This document shows positions 46,034 to 56,583 of a stretch of DNA of 64,000 bases, in pieces. A model generated the notes under the pieces. It had not been told where the DNA came from and did not search any database. It saw only the letters and a program-made list of their open reading frames with translations. The stretch's first letter is position 1. Every line of letters starts with the position of its first letter. Both the position numbers and the translations under genes were made by a program. The stretch is taken from the IMG/VR virus record IMGVR_UViG_3300009514_000374, positions 77,008 to 141,007 of that record; one strand, 5' to 3'. Source of the DNA: a virus.

Positions 46034-48745
46034 ATGGCTGGAACACAGACCGACAACCTTTTGCTGCTCGACCTCACGACGGGTCTGTCTCGGACTCCTG
46101 AAACCGGAGGCACCCCGGACGACATCGCTACCAGTGTGGATTGGGCCTGGACCTCGGGGGCGAATGTCGTCATCGACGGCAACCTCACAGTCAACGGAAC
46201 GACGACCACTGTTCACTCTGAACAGATCAACGTCCGTGACAACCACCTGTACCTGAACGCGGACTACACCACCGTCGTTGCTCAGACGGGTGGGCTCGTG
46301 ATCAACGTCCTGCCGACTGCCACCGTGGACACCGTGGCGGGGGCGTTCGTGGCGGGTATCCCTGCGGGAGCCAACCCTACGGTGATTACGGGCACGGGCG
46401 GCATCTTTGCGGCTGGCGATGTTATCCAGATCGCGGGGTCGAACAATCAGGATAACGATGGGATCTTTGAGGTTCTGAGTCACGTCGGCACGACTCTGAC
46501 GATCAAGGGTGTCGGTACGACGGGTGCGACGGTTCCGTGGGTTGTCAACCAGTTTACGGCAGATACGGTAGCTGGCGGCGACATTCGCGTCGTGAACGTG
46601 AATGTCTTGGAGGGCGATTCCACCGGAACGTGGAGCACGGCGACCGTCACGAACACGACCGGCATCACCTACGTCGATCTCACCACGCAAGGGTTGGTCG
46701 ATCTCCAAGAAGCCTACGAGCAGGGGAACACCATTACCACGTCGGCTGGAGAAGGCAACGTCACCATCGGTGGCACGGAGCTTCTCAACATCACTGCGAC
46801 GGGCGGTCTGGACCTCGACACCATCCTCGATTTCGACGGAACGGGTTTCGATGTTCAGATGACGGGAAGCAACGGCTTCTCCCTCGACGGCACGGCGGCA
46901 TCAAATGTCAGCGTCACGGCGGGCAACCTGGACCTCACGACCATCACATCGGGAGATGTGAATGTTTCGTCGGCGGGCGAACTTGACCTCGACGCCGTAA
47001 CCACGATGGTCCTGAACACGGCTGATGCGGCCGACGCGTCGGGAAATGACATCACGGTTACGGCCGCTAGCTCTACGGCTGGCACGGCAGACGGAGCCTC
47101 AATCATCCTGACGCCCGGCGACGGGTTCACTACGGGTGTTGCTGGATTCGTGAACATCACGTCGCCTGCTGACGAGGATGAAATCCTGCTCCAGCTTGAG
47201 TCCACAGGGTCCGGGGCGAACGCGGTCGGACTGTTCACGGGTACGAGCGTTCCTAGTGGCTCTGTCACGGCGGACGCCGGTTCGTTGTTCATGCGGGACA
47301 CCGGCACGGGCGGTGAGGTTTACGTCAACACGTCCACAGGTTCGGGTACCTCTTGGACGTTGCTTACGGCTGGAGGCGGAAACAGTCTCCAGGCAGCCTA
47401 CGCGGCCGGGAACACCATCGTCACAAACGCGGGCGACGGCGACCTCGATGTTTCCGGTACGGAAGCGATCAGCTTGGATGCGAGTGCAGCCTCCAATTTC
47501 ACGGTTGCGGGTGCGAACCTCGATTTGGGTACGACCACATCGGGAGATGTGAATGTCTCGGCTGCGGGCGAGCTTGATCTCGACGCCGTAACCACGATGG
47601 TCCTGAATACGGCCAATGCGGCTGATGCGTCGGCCAACGACATCACGATCACCGCTGCTAGCTCTACGGCTGGCACGGCAGATGGTGCGTCGATCATCTT
47701 GACGCCCGGTGACGGGTTCACGACCGGAGTCGCGGGCTCCGTAGACATCCTCGGCCCGAATGACGAGGACGAGGCTCTTGTCACCCTGACAACCACGGGC
47801 ACGAACGGCGATTCGGTGGGCTTGTTCGTCGGCGACAGCGACCCGAGCGGGTCGATCACGGCTCTGGCAGGTTCGCTGTTTTTCCGTGATACGGGTTCGG
47901 GAGCGGAGCTTTACCTCAACCAATCCTCGGGTTCGGGCACCACTTGGACGGCCCTTTCCACGGGTGGGGCAGTCACTCTCCAGAACGCTTATGTCAACGG
48001 CAACACGATTACCACATCGGCGGGTGAAGGCGATGTGACGCTCACTGGCACTGAGGATTTCGTTGTGACCCTCAGCGATATGCTGGTGGATACGACGGCG
48101 AGTATCAGCCTGGATGCGGACGCTGCGTCGAATTTCACGGTTGCCGGGGCGAACCTGACCCTGGAGACGACGACCTCTGGCACGGTAGACATCAACTCGG
48201 CGGCGGACATCGACATCACCTTCGCGGCAGCCAACTCGGCAGCGATGGTCGTTGACGATGGCAGCAACACGTACATGACCTTCGACTCAACGGTGGCTGA
48301 GCCCGCAGTTGAGGTTAGCCAGTTTCTCGACATCGTGGGTTCGGGAGCAGGTGTCACGCTCACAGCGGGAGAGGCCATTGTGGCGGGAGATGTGCTCACC
48401 ATCGAGGCGACCTCGGGTGATGCGATCTTGGCCGATTCCAACACCGGCACGACGCTGGATGGCCTCGCCATCGGTGTTGCGGCGTTTGCGGCTGCGGACA
48501 CGGCTCCCGTGAAGGTCTACACGGTGGCGGGCAACCTGATCCCCGTCAGCTTCTCGGCGGCCCCGGCTGCCGCAAGCAACGGCAGCCCGGTGTTCGTCAG
48601 CGCGACCCCTGGTCGCGCCACGCTGACGGCCCCCACGGGCTCCGGCAACGTCGTCTATCTCTTGGGTATTCTCCAAGGGGCGGACGGCGCGGACACGTCC
48701 CCACTGGTCTTGTTCCAGCCGCAATTCATCGCGGTGCGCCCGTAG
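46034..48745 (+). CDS. Long repetitive virion fibre protein
   Basis: 903 aa; three LQxAYxxGNTI repeats; AAGGAG RBS. Confidence 0.7.
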   Translation: MAGTQTDNLLLLDLTTGLSRTPETGGTPDDIATSVDWAWTSGANVVIDGNLTVNGTTTTVHSEQINVRDNHLYLNADYTTVVAQTGGLVINVLPTATVDTVAGAFVAGIPAGANPTVITGTGGIFAAGDVIQIAGSNNQDNDGIFEVLSHVGTTLTIKGVGTTGATVPWVVNQFTADTVAGGDIRVVNVNVLEGDSTGTWSTATVTNTTGITYVDLTTQGLVDLQEAYEQGNTITTSAGEGNVTIGGTELLNITATGGLDLDTILDFDGTGFDVQMTGSNGFSLDGTAASNVSVTAGNLDLTTITSGDVNVSSAGELDLDAVTTMVLNTADAADASGNDITVTAASSTAGTADGASIILTPGDGFTTGVAGFVNITSPADEDEILLQLESTGSGANAVGLFTGTSVPSGSVTADAGSLFMRDTGTGGEVYVNTSTGSGTSWTLLTAGGGNSLQAAYAAGNTIVTNAGDGDLDVSGTEAISLDASAASNFTVAGANLDLGTTTSGDVNVSAAGELDLDAVTTMVLNTANAADASANDITITAASSTAGTADGASIILTPGDGFTTGVAGSVDILGPNDEDEALVTLTTTGTNGDSVGLFVGDSDPSGSITALAGSLFFRDTGSGAELYLNQSSGSGTTWTALSTGGAVTLQNAYVNGNTITTSAGEGDVTLTGTEDFVVTLSDMLVDTTASISLDADAASNFTVAGANLTLETTTSGTVDINSAADIDITFAAANSAAMVVDDGSNTYMTFDSTVAEPAVEVSQFLDIVGSGAGVTLTAGEAIVAGDVLTIEATSGDAILADSNTGTTLDGLAIGVAAFAAADTAPVKVYTVAGNLIPVSFSAAPAAASNGSPVFVSATPGRATLTAPTGSGNVVYLLGILQGADGADTSPLVLFQPQFIAVRP
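46946..47721 (+). repeat. Intragenic direct repeat, 591-nt period
   Basis: 46946-47130 closely matches 47537-47721 at nucleotide level. Confidence 0.85.
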
Positions 48746-48754
48746 GAGTAACGC

Positions 48755-48967
48755 ATGAAGGTCACACTCACGGTGGAATTTGAGGTCGAGCCCGATCACG
48801 ACCTCAACGGGAAAGAGGAAGCCAACGTCAACGGAATGTTGCGACGGGTGGCTCGGAACCGTTTGGCGGCGCTTGTTGGGCGCCGGCTTGGGGGCGAGGT
48901 TCAATCTGTGGGGTGGGAGGTCACTGTCGCAGACCTCGATGTGACAGGTACCAGCAAGGTCAACTGA
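48755..48967 (+). CDS. Small hypothetical protein
   Basis: 70 aa; AGGAG RBS. Confidence 0.55.
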   Translation: MKVTLTVEFEVEPDHDLNGKEEANVNGMLRRVARNRLAALVGRRLGGEVQSVGWEVTVADLDVTGTSKVN

Positions 48968-48974
48968 GTAAGCC

Positions 48975-49778
48975 GTGGCTAACCAAATCGACAATCTGAC
49001 GCTCAACGATGACACGACGGGGTTTAACCGCTCCGTCAACGTGGCGTCGGATGATCTGTTTTTGTCGGTTGACCTCACGCTCCAGAGCGGGGGTGTGCTC
49101 ACTGCCGACAATATCAAGCGAGGTACGGCAAACCCGAACGTCGCTTTGGTAGCGGGGAACGAAGGGGATGTCTACCAACGGACCCTTGCTGGTACAGGTG
49201 AATTTTACGTCAATCTCGATGGAACCACTACCGGCTGGAGCCGGGTGGTTGCGGTCACTGGTACGGGTGTTCAAGGGGACATTCTCTATCACAACGGCAC
49301 GGACTGGACCCGGTTGCCTGCGGGGACCTCGGGGGAGTTTCTCCAAACTCTTGGTGGCGGGGCTGACCCCCAATGGATCGGGCTTGGGGCCTCTAGTGGT
49401 GGAGCCTCTACCACTTTCAAAACGACGAGCCCGGTTAGCACGACCTCGGGTACTTATGTAGATGCGCTTGGGGGCAGCAGCATCTCACCCCCGTTCGATG
49501 GAGACTACCTCGTCATTTTTGAAGGGGACATCAAAGGATCAACCGGAAACACGGTCAACCAGATCGCCATCGGTTTGAACAGCACCACGGCTGCGGCTGC
49601 TGGTACGACAGGCCGAACCATGCAAGGTAACGGAGGGGCGGACATCGCTACAGCGATCCACGTCAAGCTAACTGGCCTCACGACGGGCGACACCCTTCAC
49701 GGCATCTTTCGGAAGCTCTCCGGGCCAGGCACTACCACGATGGGTGACCGTCGCATCACGATGTTCAAGGTGACGTAA
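48975..49778 (+). CDS. Short fibre protein
   Basis: GDILYHNGTDWTRLPAGTSGEFL fibre repeat; shares its N-terminus with 46034 and its C-terminus with 49780. Confidence 0.65.
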   Translation: MANQIDNLTLNDDTTGFNRSVNVASDDLFLSVDLTLQSGGVLTADNIKRGTANPNVALVAGNEGDVYQRTLAGTGEFYVNLDGTTTGWSRVVAVTGTGVQGDILYHNGTDWTRLPAGTSGEFLQTLGGGADPQWIGLGASSGGASTTFKTTSPVSTTSGTYVDALGGSSISPPFDGDYLVIFEGDIKGSTGNTVNQIAIGLNSTTAAAAGTTGRTMQGNGGADIATAIHVKLTGLTTGDTLHGIFRKLSGPGTTTMGDRRITMFKVT

Positions 49779-49779
49779 C

Positions 49780-52700
49780 ATGGCTACGACGTACACCTAT
49801 TCGATCTCAGGGGACACGCCCAACGGCCGTGTAGCGCCTGACTCCCTTGAGCAAGAGATCAACGATTCCAGTATCTCGTCGGGCGTGTTGGAGGTTATCA
49901 GCGCGGGGTCCGCAACGGCGGACACCCTCGACATCCGGTTCGACGTGGCTTTGTCGGTACCCGACAAAGGTGTTCTTGACGGGCTTGTTTCGACCCATCT
50001 TGGCGGCTTCATTCCGCCAGAGGGGGAGACCGCTGGATTCGCTTTCGCGGCCATCGACAAAGACCTGACAACCCCACCGGGATCTCCGTCTACGGGGGAC
50101 ACCTATCTCATTCCTTCGGGGGCGACTGGTGTTTGGGCGGGTCGAACGTCTCAAATTACGAAATGGGACGGTGCGGAGTGGACATATCGTTACCCCATCT
50201 CAGGGGTGGCCGCGTGGCTCAACGACGAGAAGCGCCTGTACGTCTACGAGTCCGCGTCGAACCGTTGGGTAGCAGCAGCGGCGCAGTACAATACGGCCGC
50301 GACAAATCCCACCGTCAACGACGACGACACGCTCGGGTACATGATCGGTGCCCGGTGGGTGAACACGGCGACGAACCAAGAGTACGCGCTCATTGACAAC
50401 ACGACGGGTGCTGCCGTTTGGCGCAACCTGTCGCTGCCCACCTATAGCCGGATCGTCACGGTCGGGGCCGCAGGCGCGGATGTAGATTTCCAGTCCATCA
50501 AGACTGCCGTGGACTACGTGGTGGCACAGGGGGCCAGCAACGCGACACCGTGGATTGTTCGGGTAGCTCCGGGCTCCTACACGGAGACCAATCCGATTGC
50601 AGTTCCGGCCGGTGTCACGGTGATGTCCTTCTCGGCCGTCCGCGTGGCGACCGTGAAGGTAACTCCGGTTACGGCGACGGACCACCTTTTCACGATGACG
50701 GGAGGGGCTCTCGTCGGGCTCGATATGTCCGGCGTCACGGACGCGGCCCGAGCTTTGGTGAATATGGCGACGCCGGGGCAAGCCTCGGTCCTCCGTTACT
50801 GTGCGGTGTCAGGGTGTTCGACAGGCTTGCTCATTTCGGGAGGTGCCGCATGTGTCACGACCGGATTCACGGCCGTCGTGGCGTCCCCAGGCGTTGCCAT
50901 CACGGTCGCGGCAATCAAGGTCACGGGTTCAGGGTCTCTCTTGCTTGCGGAGGCGACCTCGATGCAGGTCCCGGCGGCGATCCTTCCGGCCTACGGAGTG
51001 AACCCGATCCAGAGAGGTCTATGGGTTGAAAGCTCTGGCGAAGTGGTCCAAACCGGCGGTGCGTATATCATCGCCCCGAAGGACACAACCCAGGTTTCCG
51101 TCCAAGCTGACTCTGGTGCCGATCTGACACTGACGGGGATCGAGTTTCAGGACTCGGAGACGGCCCTTCAAGTGCTCGCAGGAGGCAGCGACACAACCGT
51201 CCACGTTACGGGTTGCTCTTTCCACTCCAACACGACGAATTTCGATGTTCTCTCGTCCACGGCCAAGGTGTTTGTCAATGCGGCGGTCGATTCTGAGAAA
51301 AGATCGATTGTGGCGGGAGCCGTTTTTTCCGGGTTCCTACAAGAAGAAAGCGCGGAACACACGGAATTCTTCGGTGGGGTCGTCTACGAGTTCCCAACCG
51401 GGAAAGATACCGATTTTGCTCTTTTCTTTCACGACCAGCAATCCAGTGGGCTCGTAAGCGGAGGCGTCGTTACCGATGCAGGTGGTCTTACCATCGACGT
51501 GGCGGCGGGGACGGGTTGGATTCAGCGAAATGGTGCGAACGATGACGCTTTCAACGTGTCGTGGGATGCCGCAGCGGGGCTCTCCCTCACGGCGACCGCG
51601 ACCAACTACGTCTTCTACAACGGCAACACCGATGCGTTGGTAGTTTCTACGTCGCCTCCGGGGGACGAGAGCATTGGCCTCGCGGCGGTGGTCACGAGCG
51701 GATCGGGCATTCGGTACAACCACATCTACACGAACCGTGTTGATGCGCCTGATTTCAGGCTCCACGAGTACCTCGTCAACACTCGCAGGGTTTTCCACAA
51801 GAGTGGGCTCGCCCCCTCCACTGGTACAACCGTCCGCAACATAGACATTGGCTCGGGTGCCTATTACCGGGCTCTGACGACGGTTTCGTTTGCGGGGGCC
51901 GCCGACGCTACGTTCTCGTCGTTCTACGGGACGGATGCGGCGACCGAGATCGCCAGTCAGACCCTCGTCAACATTACGCAGTACGACAACGCCGGGACCT
52001 TGACGGCGATGACGGCCGGGTATTTTCGGTCAGACACGCTGATCTTGACCTCGGACGGCCGAATCAACGTGCTGTTTGGGACGGTTGAGTACAGCACCGC
52101 CGCAGGGGCCGTGGAGGAAGCCACGCTCCCTGCTGTCCCGACGTTCATGGAGCAGTCGGGGTTCCGCATCGCACGGCTGATCGTAGAAGAAGCCAACGGG
52201 ATCGTAGACATCGTTGACGAGCGTGTCCCCACGACGGGCGGCGGAGGCGGCGGCGGAATCACGGTCCACAGCCTGCTCTCGGGTCTCGGTGCGGATGACC
52301 ACACGCAGTATCTTCTTGTGGATGGTTCACGAGCCATGTCGGGCAATCTCGACATGGGTGGGAACAGCATCACCAACGTCAATCTCGTGGATGGTGTGGA
52401 TGTCTCGGCCCACGGGTCACGACATAACCCCGGCGGGATAGATGCCATCGCCACAGCCGCCCCGTCCGGTACTGGAGTCCAGGTTGGAGGCACGGCGGCC
52501 GAGGGGTCCGCCGCGAGCCTGGCTCGCAGCGATCACGCCCATACTGTCACGGCCGCTGCTCCGGTAGCCATCACAGATTCCACGAACGCCGAGGGTGCGG
52601 CTTCGACGTTTGTTCGTAGTGACCATCAGCACGCACATGGGGATCGGGGAGGGGGCACCCTCCATGCGGCAGCTACCCCATCCGTGGCAGGGTTCATTTC

Positions 52701-53520
52701 GGCCGCAGACAAGACCAAGCTCGATGGGATCGCCACTGGAGCTACCAACACCCCGCTGACCAATACGGTTCCGGTCAACGTCACCAAGGCTGCGGCGGTA
52801 GTCGGTGTCAGTACCGAAGCTGCGCGCCAAGACCACAAGCACGATGCGTCTACTGCTGCGGCTGTTGCTGCCACGGCGGGACAGGCGAATAGCGAAGGTG
52901 CCGGGACGACACTTGCCCGGTCGAGCCATACCCACGCCCATGCGGTCGGCACTCCGGTTGAGCTTACGGATTCGACCAACGGAGCCGGAGCCGCTACAAC
53001 CTTCAACCGTAGCGACCACACCCATGCTCACGGGAACAGAGGGGGAGGCTCTCTCCATGCGGTTGTGACGACCTCCGTCAACGGGTTCATGTCCGCAGCG
53101 GACAAAACCAAACTCGACGGCCTTGTGGGAACTGGCGATGCCGCTCGCTATTCGACTGTCTTTGCTTCGGGACAAGCGGACACCACCAGCGGATCTTTCG
53201 TGGATGGTCTCGGGGGAAGCACGGTTCAACCCCCCGTGAACGGCACCTACATGATCTTGTTCAATGGGAACGCTTCTGGATCGACGGGCAATACCGAGAC
53301 GGAATTCGGAATTTCCCTAAACAGCACCACGAGCATTATTCTCGATTCGTCTCGACGCGCGCAAGGGAACGGCGGCGACCGCATCCCGGCTTCGACCCAC
53401 ACCGTTGTTACAAGTCTGGTGACCACGGATGTGATCCGAGTTTTGTTCCGTAAAAGCGGGGGTTCAGGTACCTCCAGTATCTTGGACCGTCGCGTGACAT
53501 TGATTCGGGTGGTCTCCTAA
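49780..53520 (+). CDS. Large fibre/receptor-binding protein (DUF2793-like, beta-helix-like, His-repeat shaft)
   Basis: TPPGSPSTGDTYLI..GVWAG..W; DFQSIKTAV..IVRVAPGSYTE beta-helix start; repeated RSDHxH; MSAADKTKLDG. Confidence 0.75.
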   Translation: MATTYTYSISGDTPNGRVAPDSLEQEINDSSISSGVLEVISAGSATADTLDIRFDVALSVPDKGVLDGLVSTHLGGFIPPEGETAGFAFAAIDKDLTTPPGSPSTGDTYLIPSGATGVWAGRTSQITKWDGAEWTYRYPISGVAAWLNDEKRLYVYESASNRWVAAAAQYNTAATNPTVNDDDTLGYMIGARWVNTATNQEYALIDNTTGAAVWRNLSLPTYSRIVTVGAAGADVDFQSIKTAVDYVVAQGASNATPWIVRVAPGSYTETNPIAVPAGVTVMSFSAVRVATVKVTPVTATDHLFTMTGGALVGLDMSGVTDAARALVNMATPGQASVLRYCAVSGCSTGLLISGGAACVTTGFTAVVASPGVAITVAAIKVTGSGSLLLAEATSMQVPAAILPAYGVNPIQRGLWVESSGEVVQTGGAYIIAPKDTTQVSVQADSGADLTLTGIEFQDSETALQVLAGGSDTTVHVTGCSFHSNTTNFDVLSSTAKVFVNAAVDSEKRSIVAGAVFSGFLQEESAEHTEFFGGVVYEFPTGKDTDFALFFHDQQSSGLVSGGVVTDAGGLTIDVAAGTGWIQRNGANDDAFNVSWDAAAGLSLTATATNYVFYNGNTDALVVSTSPPGDESIGLAAVVTSGSGIRYNHIYTNRVDAPDFRLHEYLVNTRRVFHKSGLAPSTGTTVRNIDIGSGAYYRALTTVSFAGAADATFSSFYGTDAATEIASQTLVNITQYDNAGTLTAMTAGYFRSDTLILTSDGRINVLFGTVEYSTAAGAVEEATLPAVPTFMEQSGFRIARLIVEEANGIVDIVDERVPTTGGGGGGGITVHSLLSGLGADDHTQYLLVDGSRAMSGNLDMGGNSITNVNLVDGVDVSAHGSRHNPGGIDAIATAAPSGTGVQVGGTAAEGSAASLARSDHAHTVTAAAPVAITDSTNAEGAASTFVRSDHQHAHGDRGGGTLHAAATPSVAGFISAADKTKLDGIATGATNTPLTNTVPVNVTKAAAVVGVSTEAARQDHKHDASTAAAVAATAGQANSEGAGTTLARSSHTHAHAVGTPVELTDSTNGAGAATTFNRSDHTHAHGNRGGGSLHAVVTTSVNGFMSAADKTKLDGLVGTGDAARYSTVFASGQADTTSGSFVDGLGGSTVQPPVNGTYMILFNGNASGSTGNTETEFGISLNSTTSIILDSSRRAQGNGGDRIPASTHTVVTSLVTTDVIRVLFRKSGGSGTSSILDRRVTLIRVVS

Positions 53521-54434
53521 TGGCACAGACGTACACGTACTCGATCTCTGGTGATTTTCCGAATGGAAAGGTCGCCGTTGACGTTCTTGAGGGGGAGATC
53601 AACGATTCTGCGATCTCGACCGGAGTGTTGGAGTCCATTAACGTGGCGATCACGGGGGCGGATAACTGCGACATCACGTTCGATGTGGCTCTTTCCGCCG
53701 GAGACAAGACGACCCTGGACGGGCTCGTGGCTGCGCATCAAGGCGTGCCTTTCCTCGTAGTTACGGATGCCCCCGGATGGAATCTGGCAGTGCAGGACCG
53801 CGATCTCACGGCACCCCCTGGCTCCCCGGTGGTGGGGGAATACTACATCGTCGCATCTCCGGCGACAGGGCCATGGGCAACACACGAGGACAGCATCGTA
53901 TCGTGGAACGGGACGACCTGGCAGTACCAACGTCCGTCTACGGGGTTCGCAGCTTGGGTTGTGGACGAGTCACTTGTTGTTGTCTGGAACGGGACGGCGT
54001 GGGGTGAGTATGGGACCGGGGGCGGGAGTGCCGTATTCGGGAGCAATCTGCATCTGGCGGAGAGCACCGCTGTCAGTACGACGACGAGCGCGACGTACCA
54101 GAATAAGGTTTCGATGGTCACGGCCACGTTGGAGGCCGGCACTTACCGTTTGGAGGTGAGCTACGGATGGAACTGTGACAACGCCACGGCTGACGCTCTC
54201 TATCGAGTGACCCAGGACGGGTCTCAGTTGGGCGAGCATCACCAACAAGAGCCCAGTGACGTTGCGGGCGACTTTGGAGCTACAGGATCGAACCAAAGGT
54301 ACTACACGACCCGCGTATTTCACCTGAGCCTGTCTGCGCAATCCTACACGTTCGACCTCGACTACCAAACTGAGTATGCGGGTAACGAGGCTTCCATTTG
54401 GGATGCCTACATGAGCCTTTGGAGGCTGAGCTAA
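53520..54434 (+). CDS. Fibre-associated protein (shared N-module + DUF2793-like)
   Basis: YTYSISGD N-module; APPGSPVVGEYYIV..W. Confidence 0.7.
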   Translation: MAQTYTYSISGDFPNGKVAVDVLEGEINDSAISTGVLESINVAITGADNCDITFDVALSAGDKTTLDGLVAAHQGVPFLVVTDAPGWNLAVQDRDLTAPPGSPVVGEYYIVASPATGPWATHEDSIVSWNGTTWQYQRPSTGFAAWVVDESLVVVWNGTAWGEYGTGGGSAVFGSNLHLAESTAVSTTTSATYQNKVSMVTATLEAGTYRLEVSYGWNCDNATADALYRVTQDGSQLGEHHQQEPSDVAGDFGATGSNQRYYTTRVFHLSLSAQSYTFDLDYQTEYAGNEASIWDAYMSLWRLS

Positions 54435-55534
54435 TGGCTGCAACTGACTACACGTACAGCATCGCCAACGACACCGCGAGCGGAGCCGTTCACCCCAAAA
54501 GCCTGGACAACGAAATTCGTTCGTCGGCCATTGTGACCGCTCTCGACGGCATCACGACGGGAGGGGATGTCCTGACCGTCACGATGAAGGACTCCCTTTC
54601 CGCTGGTGACGAGACGACACTCGACGGGCTTGTGGGAGCCCACGCGGGGACGGTGACGGCCTCAACGCCGCCTCCGACAACCCTCAAGGGTGTCCCGCTT
54701 GTTCAGCCAGACTGGCGCGAGGGCACGGCGACCGATTTCATCACGTTCAACTGGTGCGACAAGACGACGTGGTACCCATCCTCGACTCAGGTGACCGACG
54801 AAACCCTGACCGACTCGGGGGATGGTCTGACCTGGAATTCAGCAAACACGAGTTGGATCTGTGTGACGTGTGGGAAGGTTTCACAGGAGCACCGGCTCCA
54901 CGACCCCTACAAAGCCACTGTTACGGTGGATGCCGTGGAGAAAACGGAAAGCTCCCCTGGCACGACCGACGCGGATTTTCAGATCAACTACGCCACAGGC
55001 GACGTGACGTTCAACGTCAGCCAAGCGGGTAAGACCGTCAAGGCGTCGTACCACTACGCGGGCAACTCCTCCTTTTACGTGACCCCCGACGCGGGTAAGA
55101 CCTTGCGCCTTACGGCGGTCGAGGTTCAATTCTCGGACGACATCGGCTTGACGGACTCGGTTCGGTTCGACATCGAAGGGTTCGTTGAGGTGTTCGCACC
55201 TCAACTGGTCAATGACGTGGACCCGGACTACGTGACCGATTTCCCAACGGGCACTCGTATTCCGCTCGGGAGCCCTCGTATCTACCAGACGATGTACGAT
55301 TTCATCGCGGAGGCGCAGCGGTCGTTTCCTGTGATTCCTGCGCTCGGTGGCGCTGGTTGGCGGGGTACGCAAAAGCCGATCTACGTGATGCGGTGGCCCT
55401 ACCAAGAAGATGCCACCCGCGACCTCGATGCTGCCAAAGGGATGCGGATCAAGATCTCTTTGGCTGCTAACACACCTTTCACCGGGGAGTTCGCCGTGGC
55501 GACCTTGTACGCCGTGTCTACCTCCAACAGCTAG
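54434..55534 (+). CDS. Virion protein with shared N-module
   Basis: YTYSIAND..LDGLVGAH; TAATG coupling. Confidence 0.65.
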   Translation: MAATDYTYSIANDTASGAVHPKSLDNEIRSSAIVTALDGITTGGDVLTVTMKDSLSAGDETTLDGLVGAHAGTVTASTPPPTTLKGVPLVQPDWREGTATDFITFNWCDKTTWYPSSTQVTDETLTDSGDGLTWNSANTSWICVTCGKVSQEHRLHDPYKATVTVDAVEKTESSPGTTDADFQINYATGDVTFNVSQAGKTVKASYHYAGNSSFYVTPDAGKTLRLTAVEVQFSDDIGLTDSVRFDIEGFVEVFAPQLVNDVDPDYVTDFPTGTRIPLGSPRIYQTMYDFIAEAQRSFPVIPALGGAGWRGTQKPIYVMRWPYQEDATRDLDAAKGMRIKISLAANTPFTGEFAVATLYAVSTSNS

Positions 55535-55543
55535 GGCTGAGCG

Positions 55544-56143
55544 ATGGCTACCGAATTCACCTACAGCATCCAAAACGATTTCCCCAACCAGGCTGTCGAT
55601 GCTTCGGTTCTGACCGTTGAGGTCGAGAACGCAACGATCGCGCCGACCCTCGACGGGATCAACATCAATGGCGATGCCGTGGCCCTTGAGTTTGATGCGG
55701 ACCTATCTGCACCCGAGGTCACGACTCTCGATGGCGTTGTCGCTGCCCATCAGGGAGTGCCGTTCAACGAAGGGCCGCAGCGAGTCAATGTGATCGCGGC
55801 ACAGGACAACGCGACGACTACCTACGCCGAAGCCGCCCGCCTCGACGCGGATCCGGTAGCCACCGACAAATACCAGCTTTTGTTCTACTGCGAGCTTCGG
55901 GTGCAGAACGGCAACAACAACGCTCGGGCGCAGTTTCAGTTGACCGTTGACGGCTCCGAGGTCGCTTCGGGCGGCATCGAAAAGCTCGGCTTCTTTGACG
56001 CGCGCAGCGGCAATCTGGTGATCTCCACGAACCGTGGGCTCAGCCCGTCGATCGTGATGAACTTTCGCCAGAATGGGAACAGCGACACAGCGCAGATCCG
56101 CCGCGTTCGGCTCGCGCTGATCCCGTTGCTGGAGGAGTCTTGA
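55544..56143 (+). CDS. Virion protein with shared N-module
   Basis: FTYSIQND..LDGVVAAHQG. Confidence 0.65.
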   Translation: MATEFTYSIQNDFPNQAVDASVLTVEVENATIAPTLDGININGDAVALEFDADLSAPEVTTLDGVVAAHQGVPFNEGPQRVNVIAAQDNATTTYAEAARLDADPVATDKYQLLFYCELRVQNGNNNARAQFQLTVDGSEVASGGIEKLGFFDARSGNLVISTNRGLSPSIVMNFRQNGNSDTAQIRRVRLALIPLLEES

Positions 56144-56583
56144 GCACGGGCATCACATACCGCGAGTTGTCGGGCTGGAAATACAGCACATCGGCTCCGT
56201 TGGAGTTTTCGACGGAGTGTTTTCCGCTCAACACGGTGCGCACAGGCCACGACTACCTCGTACTCGATCCGACCGGGAAGCTGTGTATCAAGAAGGACTA
56301 CGCATGGAATGGGCCGTCTGGCCCCGCTCGGGACACGCCCAATTTCCAGCGCGCCTCACTCGTGCATGACGCCTTCTACCAGTTGATCCGGGAGGGCCTG
56401 CTCGATCCCAAGTGGCGGTTGTACGCGGACAAACTCATGCGGCAGATGTGCTTGGAGGATGGGATGTGGAGGATCCGCGCCTGGTACAGCTACCAAGCGG
56501 TCAGGCTGTTCGGGTGGTTGAAAGTGCGGCCTGAGAAGCCTCGTCCGATCATCACCATTGAGAAGGGGGTGGTCGTCTCGTGA
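56140..56583 (+). CDS. DUF1353-like protein
   Basis: WNGPS..ASLVHDAFY..AD..M..AVRLFG; TTG start after GGAGGAG. Confidence 0.7.
   Translation: MSTGITYRELSGWKYSTSAPLEFSTECFPLNTVRTGHDYLVLDPTGKLCIKKDYAWNGPSGPARDTPNFQRASLVHDAFYQLIREGLLDPKWRLYADKLMRQMCLEDGMWRIRAWYSYQAVRLFGWLKVRPEKPRPIITIEKGVVVS

Noticed and set aside
46946-47721. Diversity-generating retroelement TR/VR pair
   Set aside because: Both copies are in frame within one gene, differences are not adenine-specific, and no reverse transcriptase is in the window
26381-50447. Isolated CTATAG hexamers inside genes (26381, 45720, 50442)
   Set aside because: They lack the flanking TA-N5 and GRTAG elements and have no nearby start
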